DNA of 64,000 nucleotides. Source: Diplonema japonicum. Lineage: Eukaryota > Protista > Euglenozoa: Diplonemea. Made by a program: the position numbers and the translations under genes. Under the pieces are notes generated by a model. The model was not told where the DNA came from, made no database searches, and saw only the letters and a list, made by a program, of their open reading frames with translations. Shown piece by piece: positions 1 through 11,550 of this stretch; position 1 is the first letter of the stretch; each line of letters begins with the position of its first letter. The DNA is taken from NCBI GenBank assembly GCA_964019335.1, contig OZ025694.1:434001-498000 (forward strand), written 5' to 3'.

Positions 1-1185
1 AACAGGGAGCTTGTGATGGAGACACTTCAGACCCACCTCCCCCCTGCCCTCTTCGGGGTTGTGCTCCGCCTCCTCTCCACCGACCCTTTGGAACGGGCCA
101 GTGCAGCTGAGATGCTTCAGACGGTACCCCCTGGGATGGTTCCTCAGCCGACTGGAATAGTTCTTCTCGCGTTTGGGAGTGTTGATGGTGGAGAAGAGAG
201 GAAAAGGAAGCTCTGCGTGGCTGTGGGAGCAGGAGCGGAGGAGGTTCGAGTGGCGGCAGCAAAGGCCTTCTCTTCGGGGGGGCAGGAGCTCCTCAGGGTG
301 CGCAGGTTGGAGGTCTTCGACAAGGACTTCGGGGAGTTCGTGGAGGAGGACTACGGGGACATCGTGTTCGAGGACAAGGGACGGGTCCGTGTCGTGTTTG
401 AAGCACCGCTCCCAACCACCGCCACTTCTTCAGCCACCTGTGACAGCAGCAACATGCCACCCTGCTTCATCCCACCTGCTGCGAACAACAACAACAACAA
501 CAACACCACCCTCACAAAAGAGGAGGGGAGGCTTGCCTTGGTCAACGCTGTTTCAGAAGGCGACCTTGACCTTCTAGAGCGGGGTGTTGACCCTGGTGCA
601 GCGGACAGCAATGGTTTCACAGCCCTGCACCGTGCAGCTGGAAACAACTGTGTGGAGGCTGTGGCTGCTCTCGTCTGTTCTTACCACCAGGACCCTGGTG
701 TCAAAAGCAACGACGGTCGGACACCGCTTCATTCTGCAGCACTGAACGGCCACCTCGAGACCGTTAAATATCTTGTCGAAACTCGGGGTCTCGACGCAGG
801 TGTCAAAAGCAACGACGGTTGGACACCGCTTCATCAAGCAGCACTGAACGGCCACCTCGAGACCGTTAAATATCTTGTCGAAACTCGGGGTCTCGACGCA
901 GGTGTCAAAAGCAACGACGGTCGGACACCGCTTCATTCTGCAGTACAGAACGGCCACCTCGAGACCGTTATATATCTTGTCGAAACTCGGGGTCTCGACG
1001 CAGGTGTCAAAAGCAACGACGGTTGGACACCGCTTCATCAAGCAGCACTGAACGGCCACCTCGAGACCGTTAAATATCTTGTCGAAACTCGGGGTCTCGA
1101 CGCAAGTGTAAGCAACGACGGTTGGACACTGCTTTCTCTAGCCAAATTGAGCAAAAACCCCAAGCTGGTTAGTTATCTGTCATAG
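1..1185 (+). CDS. 5'-partial protein: protein-kinase C-terminal end, small beta-grasp-like domain, ankyrin repeats
   Basis: The frame is open from base 1. LLSTDPLERASAAEML matches kinase subdomain XI. Ankyrin motifs G(F/R/W)T(A/P)LHxAAxNGHLETVKYLV recur about 5-6 times. Stop at 1185. Confidence 0.8.
   Translation, partial: NRELVMETLQTHLPPALFGVVLRLLSTDPLERASAAEMLQTVPPGMVPQPTGIVLLAFGSVDGGEERKRKLCVAVGAGAEEVRVAAAKAFSSGGQELLRVRRLEVFDKDFGEFVEEDYGDIVFEDKGRVRVVFEAPLPTTATSSATCDSSNMPPCFIPPAANNNNNNNTTLTKEEGRLALVNAVSEGDLDLLERGVDPGAADSNGFTALHRAAGNNCVEAVAALVCSYHQDPGVKSNDGRTPLHSAALNGHLETVKYLVETRGLDAGVKSNDGWTPLHQAALNGHLETVKYLVETRGLDAGVKSNDGRTPLHSAVQNGHLETVIYLVETRGLDAGVKSNDGWTPLHQAALNGHLETVKYLVETRGLDASVSNDGWTLLSLAKLSKNPKLVSYLS
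697..1130 (+). repeat. 102-bp tandem repeat encoding ankyrin units, alternating R-type and W-type
   Basis: ggtgtcaaaagcaacgacggt recurs at 697, 799, 901 and 1003, with a variant near 1105. Units are nearly identical at DNA level. Confidence 0.9.
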
Positions 1186-1356
1186 GCGTTTTGAGTGAGG
1201 GGCAGCCCCGACCCAAAGCACGTCTAGTATGAAAGAGCGCTTTATTGCGCATAAACAATGAAAGCAAGGAAGTGGCATTAAAAAAAAAAAAAAAGCGATG
1301 GCTGTGGTGATCGTTGCAAGAGCGCCTATTGGAAGTATTGGACCGTTCGGTTAACA

Positions 1357-1860
1357 GTAGAAGGAAACGAGGAGGCAGACCAACTCGCCAGCGACGGCAG
1401 AGACAAGTAAACAACACAGAAGATAATCATGGGTTGCGGCAAAGAACCACCTAAAAGAAAAGCTGGGAAGCGGGAAATATTAGCAGGGTTGAACAAGGAA
1501 AAGACATACAATAAGTGGGCAGGTAGAACGGAAGCACCAAAGAAGATGGAAGGGCTGAACAGGAAGGAAGAAGTACTGATCAACCAGCTGAAGACTGGGC
1601 ACCATGACCTGCTGAAGGTGGGATACGCCGAGCAGCGAAGTTGCGTGAAGTGCGGCCCCAACACGAAGCGAACCCTCCAACATCCTTCCTAGACTGCCCG
1701 TCATCCAAAGCAAGCAGGGACAAACACTTCGACACCCTGACGCTGAGACACATCCTTGTGGAGAACCCACGAAAAGCAATCCAATATCTCGAAGACACCG
1801 GGGACCTGCCCCCCTCCGCAACAACTCCACAACAACCAACTAACCTGCCGAAGTAGCATG
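1357..1860 (+). mobile_element. Decayed 3' fragment of an RNase H-containing non-LTR retrotransposon (I/Ingi-like)
   Basis: VEGNEEADQLA (RNase H C-terminal motif) at 1357 is followed by an in-frame stop. Then LNRKEEVLINQLKTGH and a CxxC..H...CP zinc knuckle split by a frameshift near 1690. Confidence 0.7.
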
Positions 1861-2350
1861 CCAATCCGAAGGCGGCTGAGGCCTTGAAGATTCATTCAGA
1901 ATCCCGAGATCCCATCCCAGATCCCCAAGAGGGTACAATCCTGTTTCTCGCAGAAACAAAGAACATACCAACAACCCTCCACCACAGCAGCCGACGAATC
2001 CGACGCAGCAGTGAAAATAAATAGAAAGCCCCCCTGAACAAGTTTCCCCCCACCCCTATAACGTGATTTACAAAAAAAAAAAAAAAAAAAAGATACTGAG
2101 GTCCGGCACCCGCAGTAACCAAGGAAAAAAGAGAAGAAAAAAAAAAAGTGTAAAGTGTATTTTTTTTCTGTTTTTTAGCGTAAGGAAATTGTTTATAACC
2201 AAGACCCCATATTTTTTTATTTTCCCCACCCCCATCTGCGATAAAAATGCAGCGACGCAGAAGGGTAACAACACAAGATAGACCCTCCACCACGCTGCAC
2301 ACTTAACGCCAAAATAGTGTTGCAACCAAAGCCCCATTATTTTATTTTAA

Positions 2351-2478
2351 CCATTAAGCCCACAGGCAAAAAACCGAAAAAAGCCCATTTTTGAGGCGAT
2401 GAAAGAATTCAAAAAAATGGCAGCATTTAACCATACGAAGTGTTCTTTTTATGGAGAAATGACCTCTGGAGACATTCA
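2351..2478 (+). mobile_element. Left end of a non-autonomous DNA element (homologous to 42838-42957), interrupted by the LINE
   Basis: TTAA|ccattaagcccacaggc...gacctctggagacattca aligns with 42838-42957. Confidence 0.55.
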
Positions 2479-2479
2479 A

Positions 2480-4985
2480 GTATCGGGGAATGCTATCAGA
2501 GCTACTCCAATACCGCAAGAGAATGCAGACGAAGGCCTACGAACGCTCAGTCCGTGCTGACTTTGGGAAACAACGCAAGCACATCACAGCCTGGGTCAGA
2601 GACCGCCCAAACCAGAGAACGGACGTGGTTGAGGCAGCAGACGGAGGGGTGACGGCGAACCTGCAGGAAATGGACAAGGTGATGCGGAACGCGTGGTCGG
2701 GCGTCTTCTGTGCGCGAACACCCGAGGAAGAGCCACAGTATGAGCGGTTTGCACAACGTTACGGGGACCTGATCAAGAAAGCCCTAATGGCACGGACTCC
2801 CATCACAGCAGAACAGCTGAGGGAAGTAATCAGGAAGAAGCCGGAGAAAGGAGCATGTGGCGTGGACGGTTGGCGGATGAGTGAACTGAAGCGTCTCCCA
2901 ACGAGCATCCTGAAGGCTTTCGCAGACCTCTTCAACCTGATCGAGGAAACAGGCCAGTGGCCGAGACTGATCACGACAGCCCTGGTGTCCCTGATTCCGA
3001 AGGGTGAGGGGTCAGCACCACTGAATCATCGTCCCATCACAGTGACCAGCACCATCTACCGCTTGTGGGCGTGTACGAGGCTGAAGGGTGTCCTTGACTG
3101 GCAAGAACGCTGGATCACGCCGAGACAGCACGGGTTTCGACCCAAACACAGTACGACAACTGCCCTCATGGAGTTATGTACCAAGCTGGAACTTGCTCTG
3201 GTGGAAGGAGAACCGCTGGAAGGACTAGCCCTAGACTTTCGGAAATGCTTCGACCTAGTTCCACAACGGCTGTCTCTCGACCTCATGGACGCCCTGGGGA
3301 TGGACCAATCCATAGGGAGTACACCCAAATCACAAGGAGGTTCAAGTACCCCATAGGAGTGGGAGAAACATTTGAGACAACGACCGGAATTCTCCAAGGA
3401 TGCCCAGTCCTTCCCCTGTCAGTCATCGTCGTCAACGCCCTGTTGTCCATCATGGTGCGGGCAGTCGAGCAAGTCGCGCCAGACGCCGAAGTGCTAGCCT
3501 ACGCTGACGACGCATACCTGCTGGCAAAGCTGCGTGGCTCACTACAAGCTGCGGTCAATGGGACATTGGAGTTCTGCGACCTGACGGGGATGGAAATCAA
3601 CAAGGAGAAGACTGTTGGTTTCGGCACTGCTGAAGATTTCAAGTCGAAAGTCATAGGAAACCGAACGGAGATGAGGAACGGCTCGGAGGTCGCGGTACCC
3701 TACAAGACGGTGACAGACCTCTGCGGACTGGGGGTGAAGATCAACACACGCAGGACAGGAACGACGTGGAACAAACCGACCACGGGGGCGCTTGGCTCGC
3801 TGGACCGACTGGGGGGCACAAGGATTGCTTTCGAAACCAAAGCACACTTGGTCAGCACGACGGTCCTGCCATCTTGCCTATACAGTGGGCCGTTCTCCCC
3901 TCCATGTGATGAGGCACTCAAGAAGCTAACGACGAAGATCACTTGTAACCTGTGGGGCCCTCATCACCGTGGACGGTCGCCCACCGCGGTAAACACAGTC
4001 TTGCTGAAGGGGCACACCAATGACCCCCTTTCCTACGTAATGTACCACTCCCTGAAGGTAGTATCCGGAGCACTCGATGACAGTCGGCTACGGCAGAGAT
4101 GCATACAGATCGCTGCGGGGTATGACGCGGGTTCCATCCCGATGGGGCCGGTTGGCAACCTGGTCTGCCGGTGGCTTCCCCGAATAGGATGGAGTTGGGC
4201 GCAGCTACTAGGTTGCAACACATCTTGGGCCAAACGCGGACACATCTTTAGAGAGGTGGTGAGGAAGGCCCGAAGTAGGACGCTGGCGGTCGAGAGGAGC
4301 ACGATAAGCGGGATAGAGCCGGGGGCGGACCCCAAGACGAACCGATTATGGAGGACGGCCAAGGACCCGCTCATGTCCTACAGCCTGAGACGAGTGATCG
4401 CAGGAGGGGTTCCCTACCTAAACCCGCACGCAAATGCGAACCGAAAGAGCGTCCCACGGCGCCTGAAAGTGACAACGGTGACGACGAGGAGAACATGGGC
4501 CAGGCACCAACGACGGAGGTATCGCACACGCAAGGATTCAGATGCGACCTGTGCAAGTCTCCACACCCGGACACGGTGACCTTACTCCGCCATCAGCTGT
4601 ATGAGTGCGCCTGTGCACAAGAGGAACTGGCACTAGACGGACTGGTCGTTGCGCAACAGATCAGGATGGCCCCTATGTCTGGAACTGCACGCGATACTGC
4701 CGAGGGGGCATGTCTTCGCACACCTGGAGAAGCTGCAGCGATACATGGCTGTGGTGGTCGGGAAACGGGACCTCATCGCAATAGGTGGGAAGACGGCTAT
4801 GGGTTTCGCCAGGACAAGCTGATGGAACTGAAAGCCGCTTACAAGCGAGACCGCATCACACGACTCCGCAAGACGCTCAGGGCCTCGATTGGAACGAAAG
4901 CAATGCTCGAAGGGGAGTATAAATAGATAGCCCCCCCCAACCCACCCAAGGGCGGCCCTCCATGAAGGGGTTTGTCCTGCACTTT

Positions 4986-4988
<3 letters not shown>
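2480..4988 (+). mobile_element. 5'-truncated, frameshifted non-LTR retrotransposon (reverse transcriptase plus C-terminal CCHC motif)
   Basis: RT motifs GVDGW, LIPKG, HRPITV, QHGFRP, LDFRKCFD, GILQGCP and YADD are spread over ORFs 2490-3356 and 3176-4579. CDLC..H..C lies in a third frame (4348-4926). No ORF1 or endonuclease is seen upstream. Confidence 0.9.
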
Positions 4989-5039
<51 letters not shown>

Positions 5040-5043
<4 letters not shown>

Positions 5044-5148
5044 GAACAAGTAAACAAATTTTTGAAAAGAATTGTTATTGCAAAAAAGAGTAGAGGCAGC
5101 TTGTCCGTTTATCCCTACTGTAGGTGAAAACGGCTTGCACAAACAAAA
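5040..5148 (+). repeat. Dispersed ~130-bp repeat, subfamily 1, preceded by a ~50-nt T-run
   Basis: Near-identical to 58067-58175. Confidence 0.85.
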
Positions 5149-5283
5149 CCCTCTCTCCCCCCCTCTCTCTCTCTCGAAGAAAGTGGCTTTTATTTTATTT
5201 GTCTTTCATCTCCTATCAACTTAACAACAACCAACAACAACAAAAAAAAAAAAAAAGCAATTAGCAAACAAACAAACAACAAC

Positions 5284-8200
5284 ATGAAGCTCATCGTGTC
5301 AGCAGCCCTGCTATGGGTAGGGCTGGCGGAAGCGCAGAAGGCACTAGGCTACAACGAGGCTCCTCGAAGTTTGGACATTACAGCATCCTTCGACAACCAA
5401 GGTTGGGCAAGGTGCCCGTCGGGGTACGCGATGACGGGGATGCGACGGAGCAGCTGCAACGTTCTATACTGCATTGAGGAGTTCAAGTGCGCACGCCCAC
5501 AGAGCTCCTCAGGGTGGAAGAACTGCAGGTCACACGATATCAGCGCAACATTCAACCACGCAAGCTGGCCGGAGTGTCCCGGAGATACCTTCTTGACTGG
5601 GCTGTGGCGTACTGGGAACTGTGAATCGCTGTTCTGCATTGAGACCATGCACTGCTGTGAGTTCGACCACCCCAACCCGACAGCCACCACCGGTTGCCAC
5701 GACAATGCCGACTGGTACAGCTGCTTCGACAACGCAAACACCTGCACCGTCCCCTCCGGTAGGTTCATGAAGGGCATCCAGCGTGGGGGCTGTGAGAACC
5801 TTCACTGTATCGAGCAGGCGAGCTATGAGTGCATCCAAGTGGAGCCCATCCAGCTACGCTTCACAACAAGCACAGTTGGAAGCAGCGGATCCAGACATAG
5901 CTTCACGCCAACCATTCACTCCGGTGCGTCCTCGTGCAGGGCAAACGATGTCCAAAGCCCCAGAAGTGGTGATGTTTACACTGTGAGCGCCGCATGTCCG
6001 TTCACGGTCCAAGACCTGACCCAGGTCAGGGTCGAAGCCCCTGGTGAGGACGGCTGGGCTGTCGGTAAACTTGAAATGTACATCAACGGTGCATGGATGC
6101 AGCTGTGGGCCATCAACGTCTCGCCTGCCGCCTTCTTCACGTGGGTGGATGATGATAACAATGAACCCGAATTCAAAATAGCGATCTGGGAGGTGCTTCC
6201 GATGCGGTTTAAGGCCACGACCAGGACCAATGATTATGCTGACTCTGGCTCTTCTTTCACACCCTACTTCATGTCTACCACTGGGCGTTCTTGTGCAGGG
6301 ACCCCCATCCAGTCGCCTTCAAAGGGCAGTAGCTACTGGAGTGTCGCAGGGTGCTTCACAGACCTTAGTCACATTGAGATCCCTTCCCCCAGTAACGATG
6401 CGTGGGAAATACAGTCTGCCTACTTTGACAAGGGGTCTGGTGTTCTCGAGCAGCTAGTTGCCGTTAACCAGCGTCCTGCCACCTTTACTCCCATGATCGA
6501 TGGTGACTCTGGCCAGCAGTTCAAACGAGCTGTCCTGCGACCTGTCGTGTTCAAGGTGCGCATTGTCACAGAGAGCTTTTCTTCCTCCGAATCATCACAC
6601 ACTTTTGAGCCGCTATTCATCTCCAATACGGGAACTATCTGCCCGGGTACAGGCATTGCCTCCCCAGGGAGAGGGAGCAGCATCTGGTCATACGGTGCAT
6701 GCACCTTCCCTGTGAGCGAGCTGGACCGTGTGGAGATCTCGAACAAGGGGGACGACGGGTGGGACATTAACTCACTCTTCGTTGAGATAGCACCAGGCAT
6801 TCAGATTCAGTGGTGGGCTGTGAACGAGTCCCCTCCGAAGTACAGCACGACAGTGGACGGCGACGGGGCCTCCCGCCACCGCAAGTGCATCTACAAGGTT
6901 CCTGATACTGAGGCACCGGACACTGATGCTCCTACTCCACTTCCTACTCCTGTCCCGACTCCAGTCCCGACACCTGTCCCTACGCCAATCCCGACACCTA
7001 TTCCAACACCAATCCCGACACCTGTCCCTACGCCAATCCCAACGCCCGTCCCGACACCTATTCCGACACCAGTCCCTACACCTATTCCGACACCAATCCC
7101 GACACCTGTCCCGACTCCCGTCCCGACACCTGTTCCAACACCAGTCCCTACACCTATTCCGACACCTATTCCAACACCTGTCCCGACTCCCGTCCCGACA
7201 CCTGTTCCTACGCCAATCCCGACACCAGTCCCTACACCTGTTCCAACACCAATCCCAACCCCTGTTCCTACACCAGTCCCAACACCTATTCCGACTCCTG
7301 TCCCTACACCTGTTCCTACGCCTGTCCCGACACCTGTTCCAACGCCCGTCCCGACACCTATTCCGACACCTGTTCCAACACCTGTCCCTACTCCAGTCCC
7401 AACACCAATCCCGACTCCTGTCCCAACACCTGTCCCTACGCCCGTCCCAACACCTGTTCCGACCCCTGTCCCCACCCCACTGTACTACATGGGGTGCTTC
7501 GTGGACGACGATGTGGACATGAGGGTGCTGGGGCACAAGGAGTCTGACTCCGAGATGCTTACTACAGCCTCTTGCGTGGCGCGGTGCGAGGCGGCGGGGT
7601 ACCCTTTTGCTGGGACGGAGTACTCTGTGGAGTGCTACTGCGGGGCGTTCGTTCCTCCGGTGACGGCCCCCGAGAAGGAGTGCGACATGGAGTGCAGCGG
7701 TGACGCTGGGGAGGTGTGCGGCGGGGTGCACCGGCTTTCCGTGTACAAGGTGAAGGAGAAGGCGACGCCGGCTCCGGTGACAGAGGCGCCCGCCTCGCAC
7801 ACGGGGGGCTACAAGGGCTGCTTCGTGGATGTGATCTCTGACCGGGAGCTTCCGGTGCGGATGCCCGACTCGGATGCGATGACGGTGGAGACGTGCAAGG
7901 CGCTGTGCTTGGGGGAGGGGTACACTTTTGCAGGGGCGCAGTTCGCACAGGAGTGCTTCTGCGGAGGGGTGCTGCCCGCGGGGGTGGCTCCCGAGCGGGA
8001 GTGCGACATGGGCTGCGCCGGGGACGCGGCGGTGATGTGCGGCGGGTCTCTTCGGCTGTCCGTGTACGCGACGAGCGAGAGGAGCACAGAGGCACCGGAC
8101 ACGGTGGCACCTGCGAAGCTTCCCCCTCCGCCGCCGCGCGCCCCGAACTACCTGGGGTGCTATGCTGACGAGGTGGGGCAGGGGCGGCTGCTGAAGTCTC

Positions 8201-9048
8201 TGGTGGGGGACGAGCCCTCCAAGATGTCGCTCCAGCTGTGCATGAAGGCTTGTGAGGGGAGCTTCTTCGCGTTCGCGGGACTGCAGTTCGGGCGGGAGTG
8301 CTGGTGCGGGAACACGAAACCGGCGGACGGGTCGAGGCTGGCGGACGACGCGCAGTGCGACATGCCGTGTTCGGGGCAGAGGGGGGCGATGTGTGGCGGG
8401 GTGGGAAAGCTTAGTTTGTATGAGAGCGTGAGGAAGGAAGAGCCCAAGGTGTACCTGGGGTGCTTCAAGGACGAGCCGGGGGCGAGGAGGCTTCCAAAGA
8501 TGATCCACGCGGACGGGAAAGGGATGACTGTCGGGGTGTGTGTGGAGCGGTGCCGGGCGGCGGGGTACCGCTTCGCGGGGCTTCAGTTCGCGCGGGAGTG
8601 CTTCTGTGGGAACGGGGGCCCCGGGGTGGCTGTCCCGAACAGCGACTGCGACATGGAGTGCCCTGGGAACGAGCAGGAGCTGTGCGGGGCGGGGGGCCGG
8701 AACTCCGTGTACCTGGCGGCACCACCAACACCAACACCTGCTGTCCCTCCCCTGGAGCCTGCAGGGTGCTACACCGACACGCTGTCCCCGAGGACACTCC
8801 CCTTCATGGCCTTCGACAACGACAAGTACCTCACGGTGGAGCTCTGCATCGGGATCTGCGCAGCGGCCGGTTTCCCTTTCGCCGGCCTGCAGGACGGGAA
8901 CCAGTGCTGGTGCGGCACCCTCCTTCCCCCCTCCTCCGCCCTCGTCTTCTCCACAGAGTGCTACGCACCCTGCAGCGGCAACCCCGCTCAACGCTGTGGT
9001 GGGCCCTGGAATAACTTGATTTATCCTACCTCAAGGTCTGAGATCTGA
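5284..9048 (+). CDS. Secreted modular protein (gene A): signal peptide, three-repeat Cys-rich domain, 3 PLAT/LH2-like domains, Pro-Thr stalk, 5 WSC domains
   Basis: 1254-aa ORF with signal peptide [17 protein letters not shown]. Five YxGC(F/Y)xD...C..C....FAGxQ...EC(F/W/Y)CG...CxxxCxG....CGG WSC units. PLAT-like motifs such as L..V.I...G.DGW.I..L. No clear TM segment. Confidence 0.9.
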   Translation: MKLIVSAALLWVGLAEAQKALGYNEAPRSLDITASFDNQGWARCPSGYAMTGMRRSSCNVLYCIEEFKCARPQSSSGWKNCRSHDISATFNHASWPECPGDTFLTGLWRTGNCESLFCIETMHCCEFDHPNPTATTGCHDNADWYSCFDNANTCTVPSGRFMKGIQRGGCENLHCIEQASYECIQVEPIQLRFTTSTVGSSGSRHSFTPTIHSGASSCRANDVQSPRSGDVYTVSAACPFTVQDLTQVRVEAPGEDGWAVGKLEMYINGAWMQLWAINVSPAAFFTWVDDDNNEPEFKIAIWEVLPMRFKATTRTNDYADSGSSFTPYFMSTTGRSCAGTPIQSPSKGSSYWSVAGCFTDLSHIEIPSPSNDAWEIQSAYFDKGSGVLEQLVAVNQRPATFTPMIDGDSGQQFKRAVLRPVVFKVRIVTESFSSSESSHTFEPLFISNTGTICPGTGIASPGRGSSIWSYGACTFPVSELDRVEISNKGDDGWDINSLFVEIAPGIQIQWWAVNESPPKYSTTVDGDGASRHRKCIYKVPDTEAPDTDAPTPLPTPVPTPVPTPVPTPIPTPIPTPIPTPVPTPIPTPVPTPIPTPVPTPIPTPIPTPVPTPVPTPVPTPVPTPIPTPIPTPVPTPVPTPVPTPIPTPVPTPVPTPIPTPVPTPVPTPIPTPVPTPVPTPVPTPVPTPVPTPIPTPVPTPVPTPVPTPIPTPVPTPVPTPVPTPVPTPVPTPLYYMGCFVDDDVDMRVLGHKESDSEMLTTASCVARCEAAGYPFAGTEYSVECYCGAFVPPVTAPEKECDMECSGDAGEVCGGVHRLSVYKVKEKATPAPVTEAPASHTGGYKGCFVDVISDRELPVRMPDSDAMTVETCKALCLGEGYTFAGAQFAQECFCGGVLPAGVAPERECDMGCAGDAAVMCGGSLRLSVYATSERSTEAPDTVAPAKLPPPPPRAPNYLGCYADEVGQGRLLKSLVGDEPSKMSLQLCMKACEGSFFAFAGLQFGRECWCGNTKPADGSRLADDAQCDMPCSGQRGAMCGGVGKLSLYESVRKEEPKVYLGCFKDEPGARRLPKMIHADGKGMTVGVCVERCRAAGYRFAGLQFARECFCGNGGPGVAVPNSDCDMECPGNEQELCGAGGRNSVYLAAPPTPTPAVPPLEPAGCYTDTLSPRTLPFMAFDNDKYLTVELCIGICAAAGFPFAGLQDGNQCWCGTLLPPSSALVFSTECYAPCSGNPAQRCGGPWNNLIYPTSRSEI
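6931..7479 (+). repeat. 12-bp coding tandem repeat, (PTPV/PTPI)n linker
   Basis: About 45 PTP(V/I) units with synonymous variation. Confidence 0.95.
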
Positions 9049-9850
9049 GGTGTGAAATTTTTATTTCTTTTGTTGTTATCCCCCCCCCGGTGCTTTAGCA
9101 CCGCCTTACGCTTTTCACTGTTTTCTTGTTTTGTATTCTATTTCTTTCCTTTTTTTCTCCTACCAAAACATAAAAAGAGAAGATCCTGATCCTAACCTAA
9201 CCTGACCTTAGGTGATTAAGTCACACCCTGCATATGTAACAATAGTACAGATAACTGTTTTGGGGGGCCGTTCCTGACACACCCGGCTTCGTGGTTTGTT
9301 TCTTGAGTTTTTCTCTTTTCAAGGGAACGCTTTGCCAAGCTTTTGTTCGTTAATTTTTCATTTGCCGGGGTGTGCGATCAAAAAGGTTTTTCTTTCTCTT
9401 TTAAAAAAAAAAAATACTAACTGCCTGCATTCACTATTATATAGGCACTGCACACCATTTCTTTAAAGCCATTCATTACTTTTTTGCGGCTCCACCAGAC
9501 CAGGACACCGGCAAGTGATCGCGGTTTGGGGCGAAAGGGGGTCGTAAGTTGTTCTACTTTTAATAAAAAAAGCCTCAATATTATATTTGTGGGGAGGGTT
9601 AAGCCTTTATGCGATATCTGTCTTTAAAAGTCTGACTCCGGCAGCGTCCAGTCTTCTATTTGTGATCTTTAGCATTATGAGTGCTGTCGAGGGAAGAAGA
9701 GAAATGGACCACGGACCAAGGCAGTCGTGCCTATGGCCGATAGTAGATGGAATCCAAATTCTTTTTTTTTTTTTTTTTTTGAAACCTTTTTTTTCACAAA
9801 CCTTCTATTCTTTACTCCTCACTCACACTGGGTCGGGAACCGCTTTTTCT

Positions 9851-9893
<43 letters not shown>

Positions 9894-10001
9894 GCTTGAA
9901 CAAGAAAAACAATACATTAACAATGAATTGTTAGTGCTAAAAAGAGTAGTGGTAGCATTGTTGGGCTTATCCTTCTACAGGTTAACCCCCGGCTGTGCAC
10001 A
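9894..10001 (+). repeat. Dispersed ~130-bp repeat, subfamily 2
   Basis: gcttgaacaagaaaaacaat...aaaagagtagtggtagcattgttgggcttatccttctacaggttaacccccggctgtgcaca follows a T-run and matches 35563-35689. Confidence 0.85.
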
Positions 10002-11550
10002 CCTTTTGCGTATAAACTCAGTATTTACACCGTTTTGCGCAACACAACAAGTTCAACTTGTAACTGGCCTCCTTTACCCTCTTTTTTCCTCGCTTTCCAT
10101 GAGCCCGGAAGCAGCAGTATTTCATCTTCCTCACCCTCTATTTGAGTTAAAAGAACGCCTGCCTCTCTTTTCAATGTGATTTTGAATTTCTCGCGTAGTG
10201 CATAAAAAATGACAAACGTTTCCATTTTTTTTTTAAATGAATAACTTAACTAAGTATCGGGGAGACTTTTCTTTTTTTTTTTTTTCCTCTCCCCTTTTCG
10301 TCACGACCCCCCCCCCCCCCTTTCTTTTTAAGATGAGCCAAGACACATTACCACATACCTGTCTTTTCTCTCTTTTCGTCTTTTGTTCCATTCGTCGGCT
10401 TTAGTTTCAAGTGGTGTTTCATCACTCCTACTTATTGAGGCAAGAGAGAATGCAAGCCACCTTTCACCACCCTTTTCATCGAGGGTCCTGGTTCGAATGT
10501 AGGTGTTTGCACCCTCTTGCCTTCACCAGACTTTTGTTTTCACCCCTCCCCCTCCCCCTCCCCACCTAACAGCTATTCGTTTGACCTTACTGTTTGCATT
10601 AAGGTTCCCACGAAAGGCCTTTTCACCAAAAAGAATGCGGAACCGAGTATGGAAAGGTTGTGTTATGGGTTTTTTTTTTTTTTATTTCGCGACAGTGAAA
10701 TATATGAAGAGTTAACTGCCAGCAGGCCCAAAGGGCATGGACCCTGTTATCGCCTGGATTGGTAGCACTTTTCTTTCACTCCCCTTTCCCACCGCCTCTT
10801 CTATTTTTGTTTTCTTTTCTTTTTTTTGACTCCAGTAGCTAAGCTGTTCGTGAGAGCACATAGTGAAAGAGCAGCCACCATTAACCAAACCGAGGTGTGC
10901 ACGACCTGACGACATCCGTGGCATGACAATGCAATCTTTTTCTTTCTATTTCTGTACTGACCATGCTCCCTTTCCATTTTTTTAGGGCATGCGGCTTTCG
11001 TCTCAGGGAGCTTGCATGTTAATTTGAATTTCTTTTTTTTCGCTTAATGCTTCCCCCCTCTCCCCCCCCTTTTTTTCTTTTTAAATTCTTTTTGGTGGTG
11101 GGGATAACATGGAAATATAAAGAAATACATCAGATGTGTTGTTCGCTGTTGACCTCCTCGTCGGTCATCACCGGTAGCGCCCAAGTGGAAGAAGCAGATG
11201 CTCTGGGTGGCGAACAGGCAGCAAACTACACGGGCTCAGAATCTTGGTTGCCCGGGGAGCCCCGGCTGGGGTTGAGCTGCACACCGCACGCATTAAGGAC
11301 ACGACGCGGAACGCAGAAGAAGCTACAGCTAGGCCGAGGTGCGCCCCCTGTAATCAAGTAAATGGTGCTTGTGCGGGGTGCCCCCACCGGCTTCCTTTAA
11401 ATCATCGAGTTTTAAATTTGTTTCTCTTTTTTGTTTTTCCCTTCCTCCCTACCTACCTTCCCATTTTTTTTTCTTTTCTTTTTTCTCTCTCTGTTTCCCC
11501 CCCTTTTTTTTTCCCACAAGGATTCTTTTTTACGTCCACCCAGAAGGGAC

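Noticed and set aside
1856-2125. Possible ribozyme near the LINE tail (ctgagg...gaa motifs)
   Set aside because: Could not build hammerhead or HDV stems by eye.
5040-5148. Dispersed repeat as a spliced-leader RNA gene or as a small peptide gene
   Set aside because: It lacks the euglenozoan SL core TTTCTGTACT before the GT, is not in a tandem array, and the reading frame is not conserved among copies.
9189-9210. cctaacctaacctgacct telomere-like motif
   Set aside because: Only 2-3 imperfect units; too short to support.
11140-11400. GC-richer islands that look like coding relics (also 46830-47150 and 47280-47435)
   Set aside because: No recognisable motif in any frame; left unassigned.
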